This document shows, piece by piece, positions 8,287-16,472 of a DNA stretch of 32,000 nt (the stretch's first letter is position 1; each line of letters begins with the position of its first letter). The notes beneath the pieces are model-generated. The model had not been told where the DNA came from. It did no database searches and saw only the letters and a program-made list of their open reading frames with translations. Both the position numbers and the translations under genes were made by a program. This DNA comes from Sinorhizobium meliloti (lineage in GTDB: Bacteria; Pseudomonadota; Alphaproteobacteria; Rhizobiales; Rhizobiaceae): assembly GCF_017876815.1 (NCBI RefSeq), contig NZ_JAGIOS010000002.1, positions 630,001-662,000 on the forward strand, read 5' to 3'.

Positions 8287-9237
8287 ATGCGAAAGGGATT
8301 AATGGGCTTTGCCGCCGTCGCGATGATGGCACTGACGAGTGCAGCCCATGCACAAGACAAGAACGTCACGATCGGCGTGTCGATCCCGGCGGCCGACCAT
8401 GGCTGGACCGCCGGTGTCGTGTTCCATGCCGAGCGCGTTGCCAAGCTGCTCATGGAACAGCATCCGGGCCTCAACGTCATCGTCAAGACCTCGCCGGACC
8501 CGGCGAGCCAGGCCAACGCCGTGCAGGACCTCGAAACGCAGGGGATCGACGCCCTCGTGATCCTGCCGACCGACCCCGATCCGCTGGTCAACGCCATCAA
8601 GGAAGTCAAGGGCAAGGGCACCTTCGTCGCCTTGGTGGACCGCGCGCCTTCGACCAACGACAACAGCGTGCGTGACCTCTATGTCGCCGGTAACAACCCG
8701 GCACTCGGCCAGGTCGCCGGCGAATACATCAAGGCCACAACTCCGGAAGCCAAGGTGGTCGTCATTCGCGGCCTGCCGATCCCGATCGACCAGCAGCGTC
8801 AGGACGGCTTCGACAAGGGCATCGCCGGCTCCAAGGTCGAAATCCTGGACCGCCAATACGGCAACTGGAATCGCGATGACGCCTTTAAGGTTATGCAAGA
8901 CTACCTGACCAAGTATCCGCAGATCGACGTCGTTTGGTGCCAGGATGACGACATGGCCGTCGGCGTGCTGCAGGCGATCGACCAGGCCAAGCGCACCGAC
9001 ATCCAGTATGTGGTCGCCGGAGCCGGTTCGAAGGACATGATCAAGAAGGTCATGGACGGCGACAAGATGATCCCGGTCGACGTGCTCTATCCGCCGGCAA
9101 TGGTCGGCACCGCACTTGAAATGACCGTTGCCAACTTCTACGGCCAGGTCCCGGTTCGCGGCACCTACACGATCGATGCGACGCTGGTGACCAAGGAAAA
9201 CGCCAAGGACTTCTATTTCCCCGACTCGCCGTTCTGA
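8287..9237 (+). CDS. Periplasmic sugar-binding protein (CUT2 / ribose-type SBP), 316 aa
   Basis: ATG at 8287 follows GGGAGGAAG. Signal peptide MRKGLMGFAAVAMMALTSAAHA|QD. Type-I periplasmic binding fold features are present (IGVSIP.., DALVILP, VVIRG). Confidence 0.92.
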   Translation: MRKGLMGFAAVAMMALTSAAHAQDKNVTIGVSIPAADHGWTAGVVFHAERVAKLLMEQHPGLNVIVKTSPDPASQANAVQDLETQGIDALVILPTDPDPLVNAIKEVKGKGTFVALVDRAPSTNDNSVRDLYVAGNNPALGQVAGEYIKATTPEAKVVVIRGLPIPIDQQRQDGFDKGIAGSKVEILDRQYGNWNRDDAFKVMQDYLTKYPQIDVVWCQDDDMAVGVLQAIDQAKRTDIQYVVAGAGSKDMIKKVMDGDKMIPVDVLYPPAMVGTALEMTVANFYGQVPVRGTYTIDATLVTKENAKDFYFPDSPF

Positions 9238-9262
9238 TCGGACGCCGGAGCTAGTGAAGATA

Positions 9263-9300
9263 CGGCCTGCCTGAGGCTTTCCTCGGGCGGGCCGTTTGAT
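9263..9300 (+). terminator. Rho-independent terminator of the second ABC operon
   Basis: 14-bp stem CGGCCTGCCTGAGG / CCTCGGGCGGGCCG (two G-U pairs), loop CTTT, then TTTGAT. Confidence 0.7.
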
Positions 9301-9320
9301 GGCCTTTATACAACGGGCTA

Positions 9321-9503
9321 CCCCCTCTGCCCTGCCGGGCATCTCCCCCGCAAGGGCCCCGCAAGGGGGGAGATTGACAAGGGGCGAACTCCCGCTCCCT
9401 CGATGTGCCTTCGTTTCGGCGCGTGCTGGCTTAACTCGAGGCACCGCTTTGCTTCTGGCCGATCTCCCCCCTTGCGGGGAGATGCCCGGCAGGGCAGAGG
9501 GAG
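9321..9503. repeat. MITE/RIME-like palindromic intergenic element with roughly 43-bp terminal inverted repeats
   Basis: The left arm (9321-9374) is the reverse complement of the right arm (9461-9503); the core GGGGAGATGCCCGGCAGGGCAGAG at 9477-9500 matches 9325-9348. The left arm carries a roughly 10-nt tandem duplication (CGCAAGGGCC|CCGCAAGGGG). Each arm folds as GCATCTCCCC..GGGGAGAT. Confidence 0.65.
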
Positions 9504-9549
9504 TGACCGTGGGCACTCCCGCCGCCGACCCGATATGCCGCGCCACCGC

Positions 9550-10947
9550 TCACCCCGCCGGAAACGACGCCACCACCTTTAACCCGCGACCGCCGTCACC
9601 CTCCTCCAGCCGCATGGTCCCGCCGTAAAGCGCGGCGATTTCCTCGACGATCGGCAGGCCGAGTCCGGTACCGGGGGCTTCCTCGCCGCCGCGCCGGAAA
9701 CGCTTGAGCGCCGCCTCGCGCAGCTCCGGCGGAATGCCCGGGCCGTTATCCTCCACTTCCAGCAGGACCGAGTGGTCTCGGCTCTCGACGCGCACGGTCA
9801 CCTCCGCCCCGCGGCCGGCATAAAGCAACGCATTGCCGATGAGGTTCTTCAGGAGTTCGCCGACAAGCAGAGGCTCGGCGCGGATCCAGTGCTCGCCCTC
9901 GCCGGCAAAGCCGAGGTCAATGCCGGCTTCGCCCGCCGCCGGCACGTGGTCCGCCGTCACGGCGCGGGCAAGCCCGCCGAGCTCGACCCGCTCCAATCCC
10001 CGTGCCTCGTCTCTGCCCGCGGCATCGATCTTCGCCATCAGCAGCAGTTGAGCGAGAATGCGCTCGGCATTGGCGACGGCTTCGTCCGCCTTCATCGCCG
10101 CCGCCCGGGTTTCTTCGATCGTCGTCGCCCGCTGCGCAAGCGCAAGCTGCGTGCGGATGATCGCGAGCGGAGTCCTGAGCTGATGGCTGGCATTGCCGGT
10201 GAAGTGCCGCAGCGCATCGAGGGCCGATTGCAGGCGGACCATGAAAGAGTTCACGGTATCGACGAGCCCCTGGACTTCGTTCGGCACCTGCTCGCGGATC
10301 GGATGCAGATCGTCCGGACTGCGCTCCGCGATCGCATCGCCAAGCCGATAGAGCGGCCTCAAGGAAAAGGTGACGGCGACCCAGACGATCATCGCCGCGC
10401 CGGCGATCATCAGCCCAAGGCGCAGGGCCGAGCGGATAATGATGGTCTGCGCGAGCTGGCGCCGGGCGATCGTCGTCTCGGCGACGGTGACGACGAAGGG
10501 AACGGAATTGACCCCGGTCGAGGCGGAGCGTCTGAGTGCTGCGACGCGGATAGGTTCGCCGCGAAAGACGGCATCTGCGAAGCTCGTCGATTGACCGGTG
10601 CTTTCGGAGAGCGAAGGCAGGGTCTGATAACCGGTGATGAACTCGCCGGGCGGGCCGTCCACCCGATAAAACACCCGGTCCTGCGCCGCGGATGTCAGCA
10701 TCTCGAGCGCGACATAGGGGATATCGACCTGCAACGAACCGTCTTCGGCCACGACCACGCGCTCGGCGATCGCCAACGCCGATCCGGCAAGCACGCGGTC
10801 CGAGACGGCATTCGCCGTCTTGATGGCTTCCCGGTAGGTATCCGCCAGTGCGACGACGCCGATCACCGCTGTCGAGATCAGGAGCCAGCCGAGCAGCCTG
10901 CGCCGCAGCGAATAGACGACCTTTCTCATTCCGGGGACGGCCTTCAT
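9550..10947 (-). CDS. tctE: Two-component sensor histidine kinase, TctE-like, 465 aa
   Basis: Two TM segments flank a periplasmic domain (DRVLAGSALAIAERV..DIPYVALEML..DRVFYRV, resembling 2CSK_N). H-box SHQLRTPLA. HATPase motifs NLIGNAL, DNGPGIP and GTGLGL. Its ATG overlaps the response-regulator stop (ATGA at 10944-10947). The symbol is assigned from context with tctCBA. Confidence 0.8.
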   Translation of the reverse strand: MKAVPGMRKVVYSLRRRLLGWLLISTAVIGVVALADTYREAIKTANAVSDRVLAGSALAIAERVVVAEDGSLQVDIPYVALEMLTSAAQDRVFYRVDGPPGEFITGYQTLPSLSESTGQSTSFADAVFRGEPIRVAALRRSASTGVNSVPFVVTVAETTIARRQLAQTIIIRSALRLGLMIAGAAMIVWVAVTFSLRPLYRLGDAIAERSPDDLHPIREQVPNEVQGLVDTVNSFMVRLQSALDALRHFTGNASHQLRTPLAIIRTQLALAQRATTIEETRAAAMKADEAVANAERILAQLLLMAKIDAAGRDEARGLERVELGGLARAVTADHVPAAGEAGIDLGFAGEGEHWIRAEPLLVGELLKNLIGNALLYAGRGAEVTVRVESRDHSVLLEVEDNGPGIPPELREAALKRFRRGGEEAPGTGLGLPIVEEIAALYGGTMRLEEGDGGRGLKVVASFPAG

Positions 10948-11621
10948 TCGGGACCGGCCGACTTGTCGAGATAATACCCGATGCCGCGGGCGGTGCGGAC
11001 GGTCAACCCGAAGGGCGCCAGCCGCTTGCGCAGCCGGCTCACATATTGCTCGATCGCATTGGGACTCAGATCGTCGTCCAGGCCCGTCAGCGATTGCACG
11101 ATCGCGTCCTTGGCGACGACCTTTCCGGCGCGCATGAACAAAAGCTCGAGAAGACCGAGTTCGCGCGCCGGAATTTCGATCGGCATGCCTGCCGAGGAGA
11201 AACTCCGCGAGGTGAGGTCGAGCGAGACATTGCCATAGCTGACGACGGAGGCTCGCAACCCCGCCTGCCGGCGCAACAGGACCCGCACCCGCGCCTCGAA
11301 CTCGCCGATATCGAAAGGCTTGATCAAATAATCGTCGGCGCCGAGGTCGAGTCCCTTGACCCTCTCCTCGGGCGTGCCGCGCGCCGTCAAGATGAGAACC
11401 GCCGCGCGGTTTTGGCGTGCCCGCATGGCACGCAGCACGTCCAGTCCATCCATCTCCGGCAGGTTCAAATCGAGGATCACCAGATCGAAGCTTTCGGCCG
11501 CGGCAACCGCATGCGCAGACGCCCCGTCGCTCACGACGTCGACGGCATAGCCGCTGCCCCGCAGAAGCGTCGAAAGACCCTCTGCCAGGGCCCGATTGTC
11601 CTCAACCAGCAAGATACGCAA
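10944..11621 (-). CDS. tctD: OmpR/PhoB-family response regulator, TctD-like, 225 aa (TTG start)
   Basis: MRILLVEDN.., phospho-acceptor region LVILDLNLPEMDG, and a winged-helix C-terminus (VRTARGIGYYL). TTG at 11621 is preceded by GGGGAGAGG. Confidence 0.82.
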   Translation of the reverse strand: MRILLVEDNRALAEGLSTLLRGSGYAVDVVSDGASAHAVAAAESFDLVILDLNLPEMDGLDVLRAMRARQNRAAVLILTARGTPEERVKGLDLGADDYLIKPFDIGEFEARVRVLLRRQAGLRASVVSYGNVSLDLTSRSFSSAGMPIEIPARELGLLELLFMRAGKVVAKDAIVQSLTGLDDDLSPNAIEQYVSRLRKRLAPFGLTVRTARGIGYYLDKSAGPE

Positions 11622-11698
11622 TATCGCCTCTCCCCGGGATCACTCTATCGGTCGCGAGCTTGCTTGTGAACGGCAGCGCTCTCAGGCATTGTGAATTC

Positions 11699-12766
11699 AT
11701 GCGGTTCTTGATTTCTTTCGGTTTTTTGTTCCTGTCGGGCGCGCTCGCCGAGGCCGCGCCCACGTTCTTCCCGGCGCTCTCCGGTGACGGCGCCGCACCG
11801 GTCCTGACCGTCTATTCCTCGCTTGACGAACCCTTGGCGAGACCGATGATCGACGGCTTCCAGAAGGCCAATCCGGATGTCGCGGTCCGCTACGAGGACA
11901 TGCTGACCGGCGAGATCTACGACAGGATCGTCAAGGAGACCGATGCCGGCGAGAAGACCGCCGATTTCGCCTTTTCCTCCGCCATGGACCTGCAGGTCAA
12001 GCTCAGCAATGACGGTTATGCGCAACGCAGCGACCTGCCGATGAGCGGACTCTGGCCGGCCTGGGCGAACTGGCGCAACACGGCTTACGCGCTCACCTTC
12101 GAGCCGGCCGTCTTCGTCTACCACAAGCCGAGCTTCAGGAACGAGCGGCCGCCGGCCACGCGGGCCGAATTCGTCGACTATCTCAAACGGAAGGGAAACG
12201 CCGTCTTCGGCCGCATCGGCACCTACGATATCGAACGCTCCGGAGTCGGCTTCCTCTTCATGTCGCGCGACCAGGAGCAATTCGGCGACATCTGGACGGT
12301 GATCCGCACGATGGGGGCGGCCGGAGTGAAGCTTTATTCGACCAGTCAGGCAATCCTGGAGAGGATTTCGGACGGGCGCTTCGTGCTCGGGTACAACATC
12401 CTCGGTTCCTATGCGGCCGACTGGGCATCGCGGCATCCGGATGTCGGCATCATACTCCCGAAGGACTATACGGTGGTCATGTCGCGCATCGGGCTGGTGC
12501 CGCAGGCGGCAGCCGCCCCGGAACTCGGCCGCCGCTATCTCGAATTCTTCATGTCGAAGGAGGGCCAGACGATCATGGCACGCGAGTTGCAGATCCCGGC
12601 GGTCAGTCCCGAAGTCGCCGGCGAGAACACCGCGAACACCATGAGGGAAATGCTCGGAGGTCAGTTGAAACCCGTACCGGTCAGTCCCGGACTGATGGTC
12701 TATCTTGACCAGGTCAAGCGGGCGAGGCTGATTGCCCGCTGGAACGAGATGCTGCGCCTGCAGTGA
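11699..12766 (+). CDS. Orphan periplasmic solute-binding protein, Fe(3+)/FbpA-AfuA-like class, 355 aa
   Basis: Signal peptide MRFLISFGFLFLSGALAEA. VLTVYSSLDEPLARPMIDGFQKANPDVAVRYE is typical of family-1 iron-type SBPs. No adjacent permease or ATPase. Its start is 77 bp from the divergent tctD start. Confidence 0.8.
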   Translation: MRFLISFGFLFLSGALAEAAPTFFPALSGDGAAPVLTVYSSLDEPLARPMIDGFQKANPDVAVRYEDMLTGEIYDRIVKETDAGEKTADFAFSSAMDLQVKLSNDGYAQRSDLPMSGLWPAWANWRNTAYALTFEPAVFVYHKPSFRNERPPATRAEFVDYLKRKGNAVFGRIGTYDIERSGVGFLFMSRDQEQFGDIWTVIRTMGAAGVKLYSTSQAILERISDGRFVLGYNILGSYAADWASRHPDVGIILPKDYTVVMSRIGLVPQAAAAPELGRRYLEFFMSKEGQTIMARELQIPAVSPEVAGENTANTMREMLGGQLKPVPVSPGLMVYLDQVKRARLIARWNEMLRLQ

Positions 12767-12808
12767 ACAATAGGCAGGCAAACAAGTCATTTACGCGAAG
12801 CGGACTTG

Positions 12809-12826
12809 ATGTCAGGTTAATGTCAG
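12809..12826 (+). promoter_or_regulatory. Candidate response-regulator box (11-bp phased direct repeat) upstream of tctC
   Basis: gATGTCAGgTT / aATGTCAGcTT: ATGTCAG at 12809-12815 and 12820-12826, matching 9 of 11 positions with 11-bp phasing. Further downstream, the exact 11-mer TAAGGTCGCCG occurs at 12841-12851 and 12908-12918. Confidence 0.35.
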
Positions 12827-13000
12827 CTTTCTATGTTGCTTAAGGTCGCCGGCGAACCGTGGAGGCGGACCGCCGGCAGCGTATCGGGAGGATTCACCAG
12901 TCCGGTCTAAGGTCGCCGTCGATGTCGACCAGCCGCTTCTCCCCTTCGCGAACGATAATCAACGTGCGCGTGACGAAGCGCGCCTCACGGAGGACCGACC

Positions 13001-13945
13001 TTGAAACACTTCTTCCTCGCATCCATTCTCGCCGGCGCAATTGCTCTGCCGGCCTATGCCGCCGACTACACGATCATCGCGCCGGCCAATCCCGGCGGCG
13101 GCTGGGACCAGACCGCCCGCTCGCTGCAGACCGTCATGCAGCAGGAGGGCATTTCCGGCAACGTGCAGGTCCAGAACGTTCCGGGCGCCGGCGGCACGAT
13201 CGGCCTTGCCCAGTTCGCCAGCCAGCAGAAGGGCAACCCGAACGCGCTCCTCGTCGGCGGTTACGTGATGGTCGGCGCCATACTCACCAACAACTCGCCG
13301 GTTACCCTCAAGGACGTGACGCCGATCGCGCGGCTTACGGGCGAATACGAGGCGATCGTCGTTCCCGCCGCCTCCGAGATCCAGACGATGAAAGACCTCG
13401 TCGAGGCGCTGAAGAAGGATCCGGGCGCGGTTTCCTGGGCAGGCGGCTCGGCCGGCGGCACCGACCACATCGCGGTCGGCCTGATCGCCAAGGCCGCCGG
13501 TGTCGATCCGACCAAGATCAACTACATCGCCTATTCCGGCGGCGGCGAGGCGCTTGCCGCGATCCTCGGCAACCAGGTAACCGCCGGCATTTCCGGTTAC
13601 GGTGAATTCGAGTCCCAGGTGAAGGCCGGAACGCTCCGCCTGCTCGCCGTCTCCAGCGCCGAGCGCCTCGAGGGTATCGACGCGCCGACGCTGAAGGAAT
13701 CCGGCGTCGACGTTGTCGTCGAAAACTGGCGCATGGTCGCCGCTGCCCCGGGCCTCACGGAAGAACAGAAGGCCGCAGTCTCCGCCGACATCGAGAAGCT
13801 TGCCAAATCCGTAGGCTGGCAGGAAGTGCTGAAGACCAAAGGCTGGCAGGACACCTATCTCGCCGGCGCCGCCTTCGACGAGCAGCTCGCCAAGGACATT
13901 TCCGCCACGGAAACCGTCCTGAAGGACATCGGACTGGTCAAATGA
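13001..13945 (+). CDS. tctC: Tripartite tricarboxylate transporter substrate-binding protein (Bug/TctC family), 314 aa (TTG start)
   Basis: TTG at 13001 follows GGAGGA (12989-12994). Signal peptide [20 protein letters not shown]|AD. Bug-family motifs are present ([22 protein letters not shown]). Confidence 0.9.
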   Translation: MKHFFLASILAGAIALPAYAADYTIIAPANPGGGWDQTARSLQTVMQQEGISGNVQVQNVPGAGGTIGLAQFASQQKGNPNALLVGGYVMVGAILTNNSPVTLKDVTPIARLTGEYEAIVVPAASEIQTMKDLVEALKKDPGAVSWAGGSAGGTDHIAVGLIAKAAGVDPTKINYIAYSGGGEALAAILGNQVTAGISGYGEFESQVKAGTLRLLAVSSAERLEGIDAPTLKESGVDVVVENWRMVAAAPGLTEEQKAAVSADIEKLAKSVGWQEVLKTKGWQDTYLAGAAFDEQLAKDISATETVLKDIGLVK

Positions 13946-14433
13946 ACAAGGGCAACAACCCTTCCGCCGACACGCGCCGCCCCGACCGGGCGGCGCTGGT
14001 CATCGCCGCCGTTCTGGCAGCAATCGCCGGTGTGATCTTCTGGGACGTGTCGCGCCTGAGCGGCCTTGCCGGCTACTCGCAAGTCGGGCCAATGACAGTG
14101 CCCTATGCGATCGCCTGCTGTCTCATCGCGCTTGCGGTCTGGACGGCGGTCGAAGCCTGGCGGGGCGACTTTCCCGAACGTGAGCACCAGCGCGCGGGTC
14201 CGGTTGTCTGGATCGTCGCCGGGCTTGCGGCGCAGATGCTGCTCTTGAACACGCTCGGCTTCTCGATCGCGACCGGTATTCTCTTCGCCCTCACGGCCCG
14301 CGGCTTCGGCAAACGCAAATTATGGCTGACCGTGCCGATCGGCATCGTGTTCAGTTTCATCGTCTGGGCTATCTTCGCCAAGCTCCTGCAATTGTCGCTG
14401 CCCGCAGGGCCGCTTGAACGCCTGTTCTTCTAG
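13942..14433 (+). CDS. tctB: Tripartite tricarboxylate transporter small membrane subunit TctB, 163 aa
   Basis: ATGA overlap with the tctC stop. Four predicted TM helices. Position and size match TctB. Confidence 0.85.
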   Translation: MNKGNNPSADTRRPDRAALVIAAVLAAIAGVIFWDVSRLSGLAGYSQVGPMTVPYAIACCLIALAVWTAVEAWRGDFPEREHQRAGPVVWIVAGLAAQMLLLNTLGFSIATGILFALTARGFGKRKLWLTVPIGIVFSFIVWAIFAKLLQLSLPAGPLERLFF

Positions 14434-14502
14434 AGCGGAATGAGAAAAAGTGCGTGCGGTCTGCCGCCCGCGTCCCGCTCTTAACCTATCAGATCGATCA
14501 CG
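14432..14502. repeat. Structured intergenic repeat, copy B, inserted between tctB and tctA
   Basis: AGAGCGGAATGAGAAAAAGTG..GCCGCCCGCGTCCCGCTCTTAACC..GATCGATCACG is homologous to 761-830. Stem AGAGCGG/CCGCTCT. It starts at the tctB stop codon and creates an unusual 119-bp tctB-tctA spacer. Confidence 0.6.
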
Positions 14503-14552
14503 TTCATGATTTTAGGTCGATCCTAGCGCCGTGATCTAAAGAGGCCGACGAC

Positions 14553-16070
14553 ATGGGTACTTTCGATTTCCTGTTGCAGGGGCTGCTGGTCGCTGCCCAG
14601 CCGATGAACCTTCTCTACGCACTCATCGGCGTAACGCTCGGCACCGCCGTGGGCGTGCTGCCCGGCATCGGCCCCGCATTGACCGTCGCACTGCTCCTGC
14701 CGGTCACCTATCAGCTCGATCCGGCCGGGTCGCTCATCATGTTCGCCGGCATCTATTATGGCGGCATGTATGGGGGTTCGACCACGTCGATCCTGCTCAA
14801 CACCCCCGGCGAAAGCGCCTCGATCGTCACCGCGCTCGAGGGCAACAAGATGGCGCGCGCCGGCCGCGGCGGTCCGGCGCTTGCCACGGCAGCCATCGGC
14901 TCCTTCGTCGCCGGCCTCATCGCCACGCTCGGATTGGCCTTTATTGCGCCCTACATCGTCAAGCTGGCGCTCGTCTTCGGCCCGCGCGAATATTTCGCGC
15001 TGATGGTGCTCGCCTTCGTCACCGTCTCCTCCGCTTTCGGCGACTCGACGCTTCGGGGGCTCACCTCGCTCTTCATCGGCCTGACCCTTGCCTGTATCGG
15101 CATCGACCAACTGACCGGCCAGGCGCGCCTCTCCTTCGGCGTGCCCGACCTCCTCGACGGCATCGAGGTGACGACTCTCGCCGTCGCCATGTTCGCGATC
15201 GGCGAGACGCTGTTCATCGCCGCGCAAGGCGACCGCGGCCCGGACAAGGTGGAAGCGGTCAGGGGCTCGGTCTGGATGAGCGCCACGGATTGGGCGCGCT
15301 CCTGGAAGCCGTGGCTGCGCGGCACCTTCATCGGCTTTCCCATCGGCGCCATGCCGGCCGGGGGCGCCGAGATCGGCACTTTCCTCTCCTATGCAGCGGA
15401 GAAGCGACTGACCAAACATCCGGAGGAATTCGGCAACGGCGCCATCGAAGGCGTGGCTGGCCCGGAAGCCGCCAACAACGCATCCGCTGCGGGCACGTTG
15501 GTGCCGCTCCTGACGCTCGGCCTGCCGACCACGGCGACGGCTGCGATCATGCTCGCCGGTTTCCAGCAATACGGGCTGCAGCCGGGACCGCTGCTTTTCG
15601 CCACCAATCCCCAGCTGGTCTGGGGTCTGATCGCCAGCCTCCTCATCGCCAATTTCATGCTGCTCGTCCTCAACCTGCCCCTGATCGGGCTCTGGGTGAA
15701 GCTATTGACGATCCCGAAGCCTTGGCTCTACGCGGGCATCCTGCTCTTCGCGACGCTCGGCACCATCGGCGCCAATCCGTCGGTCTTCGAGCTCGGCATG
15801 CTGCTGGCCTTCGGCCTTCTGGGCTACGTCATGCGCGTCTTCGGCTATCCGATCGCGCCGGTGGTCGTCGGGCTGATCCTCGGGCCGCTCGCCGAGCAGC
15901 AGCTCCGCAGGGCACTCTCGATCAGCCAGGGCGACATCACCGTGCTCTTCACGTCGCCGATCGCGGCCGTGCTCCTGGTGATCGCCGCGCTCGCGCTGGT
16001 TGTGCCGCTGATCCTGAGGGCCCGCGGCCGCGGCGAAGTGCTCGCACAACTCGCCGCCAGCGAAGACTGA
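14553..16070 (+). CDS. tctA: Tripartite tricarboxylate transporter large permease TctA, 505 aa
   Basis: ATG follows AAAGAGG. About 12 TM helices, with the TctA hallmark stretch [22 protein letters not shown]. Confidence 0.92.
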   Translation: MGTFDFLLQGLLVAAQPMNLLYALIGVTLGTAVGVLPGIGPALTVALLLPVTYQLDPAGSLIMFAGIYYGGMYGGSTTSILLNTPGESASIVTALEGNKMARAGRGGPALATAAIGSFVAGLIATLGLAFIAPYIVKLALVFGPREYFALMVLAFVTVSSAFGDSTLRGLTSLFIGLTLACIGIDQLTGQARLSFGVPDLLDGIEVTTLAVAMFAIGETLFIAAQGDRGPDKVEAVRGSVWMSATDWARSWKPWLRGTFIGFPIGAMPAGGAEIGTFLSYAAEKRLTKHPEEFGNGAIEGVAGPEAANNASAAGTLVPLLTLGLPTTATAAIMLAGFQQYGLQPGPLLFATNPQLVWGLIASLLIANFMLLVLNLPLIGLWVKLLTIPKPWLYAGILLFATLGTIGANPSVFELGMLLAFGLLGYVMRVFGYPIAPVVVGLILGPLAEQQLRRALSISQGDITVLFTSPIAAVLLVIAALALVVPLILRARGRGEVLAQLAASED

Positions 16071-16214
16071 GCGGCTTCTCACGATTTGGCAGGTCGGTTA
16101 CCGCCGTTCGGGCCTGCTTTCGCTGCATGGCTGGGCTGAGGTTTTGTGTATTGCAAAACAACCCTGCCGGGCCCATCTTTTGCTCATCGAATAGAAAACG
16201 AAAGCGAGCAAGAG

Positions 16215-16379
16215 ATGACCAGCAAGAACCGCATGGGCTTCATCGGCCGCGCCTTCGCCGTGCTCGGCGCCGCAACCGCTGCTGCCGCCGCCGTTGAAGG
16301 GCATCGCCGTCCCAAAGCACAGGATCTCCGCACCCTCGGCATCGATCCGGCAGCCTTCCCGGACAACCGCCGGGGCTGA
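16215..16379 (+). CDS. Candidate small membrane-anchored protein, 54 aa
   Basis: MTSKNRMGFIGRAFAVLGAATAAAAAVEGHRRPKAQDLRTLGIDPAAFPDNRRG. One hydrophobic helix and about 77% GC3. The SD (GAGCAAGAG) is weak. The upstream part of track ORF 16146.. has no coding character. Confidence 0.4.
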   Translation: MTSKNRMGFIGRAFAVLGAATAAAAAVEGHRRPKAQDLRTLGIDPAAFPDNRRG

Positions 16380-16472
16380 CCTGCCGGGCGTCCAAGCCCC
16401 AAGCCGGAACAGGATCGCGTCGCCATAAGGCGACTCCCCCTCCGCTTGGGAACTGTCTTCCCGCTGCGACCG

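Noticed and set aside
8299-9546. 415-aa minus-strand ORF spanning the SBP gene and the repeat element
   Set aside because: It is antisense to a well-supported secreted SBP. Its N-terminal part is simply the translation of the palindromic repeat (LPGISPQGG..).
9296-9628. 110-aa ORF inside the palindromic element
   Set aside because: The sequence (PSALPGISPARAPQGG...) is the translation of the inverted repeat arms, and the mirror-image peptide appears on the other strand.
9772-10974. 400-aa plus-strand ORF
   Set aside because: It is antisense to the histidine kinase gene, whose H-box and N/G boxes are on the minus strand.
11645-12790. 381-aa minus-strand ORF
   Set aside because: It is antisense to the orphan SBP gene, which has a signal peptide and a family-typical N-terminus.
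16089-16125. Possible terminator after tctA
   Set aside because: It has only a 5-bp stem with a 17-nt loop and a weak T tract, which is not convincing.
14523-16297. 348-aa minus-strand ORF and 335-aa plus-strand alternative-frame ORF over tctA
   Set aside because: The TctA frame gives a 12-TM protein with family hallmark motifs. The alternatives are Arg/Gly/Asp-rich nonsense.
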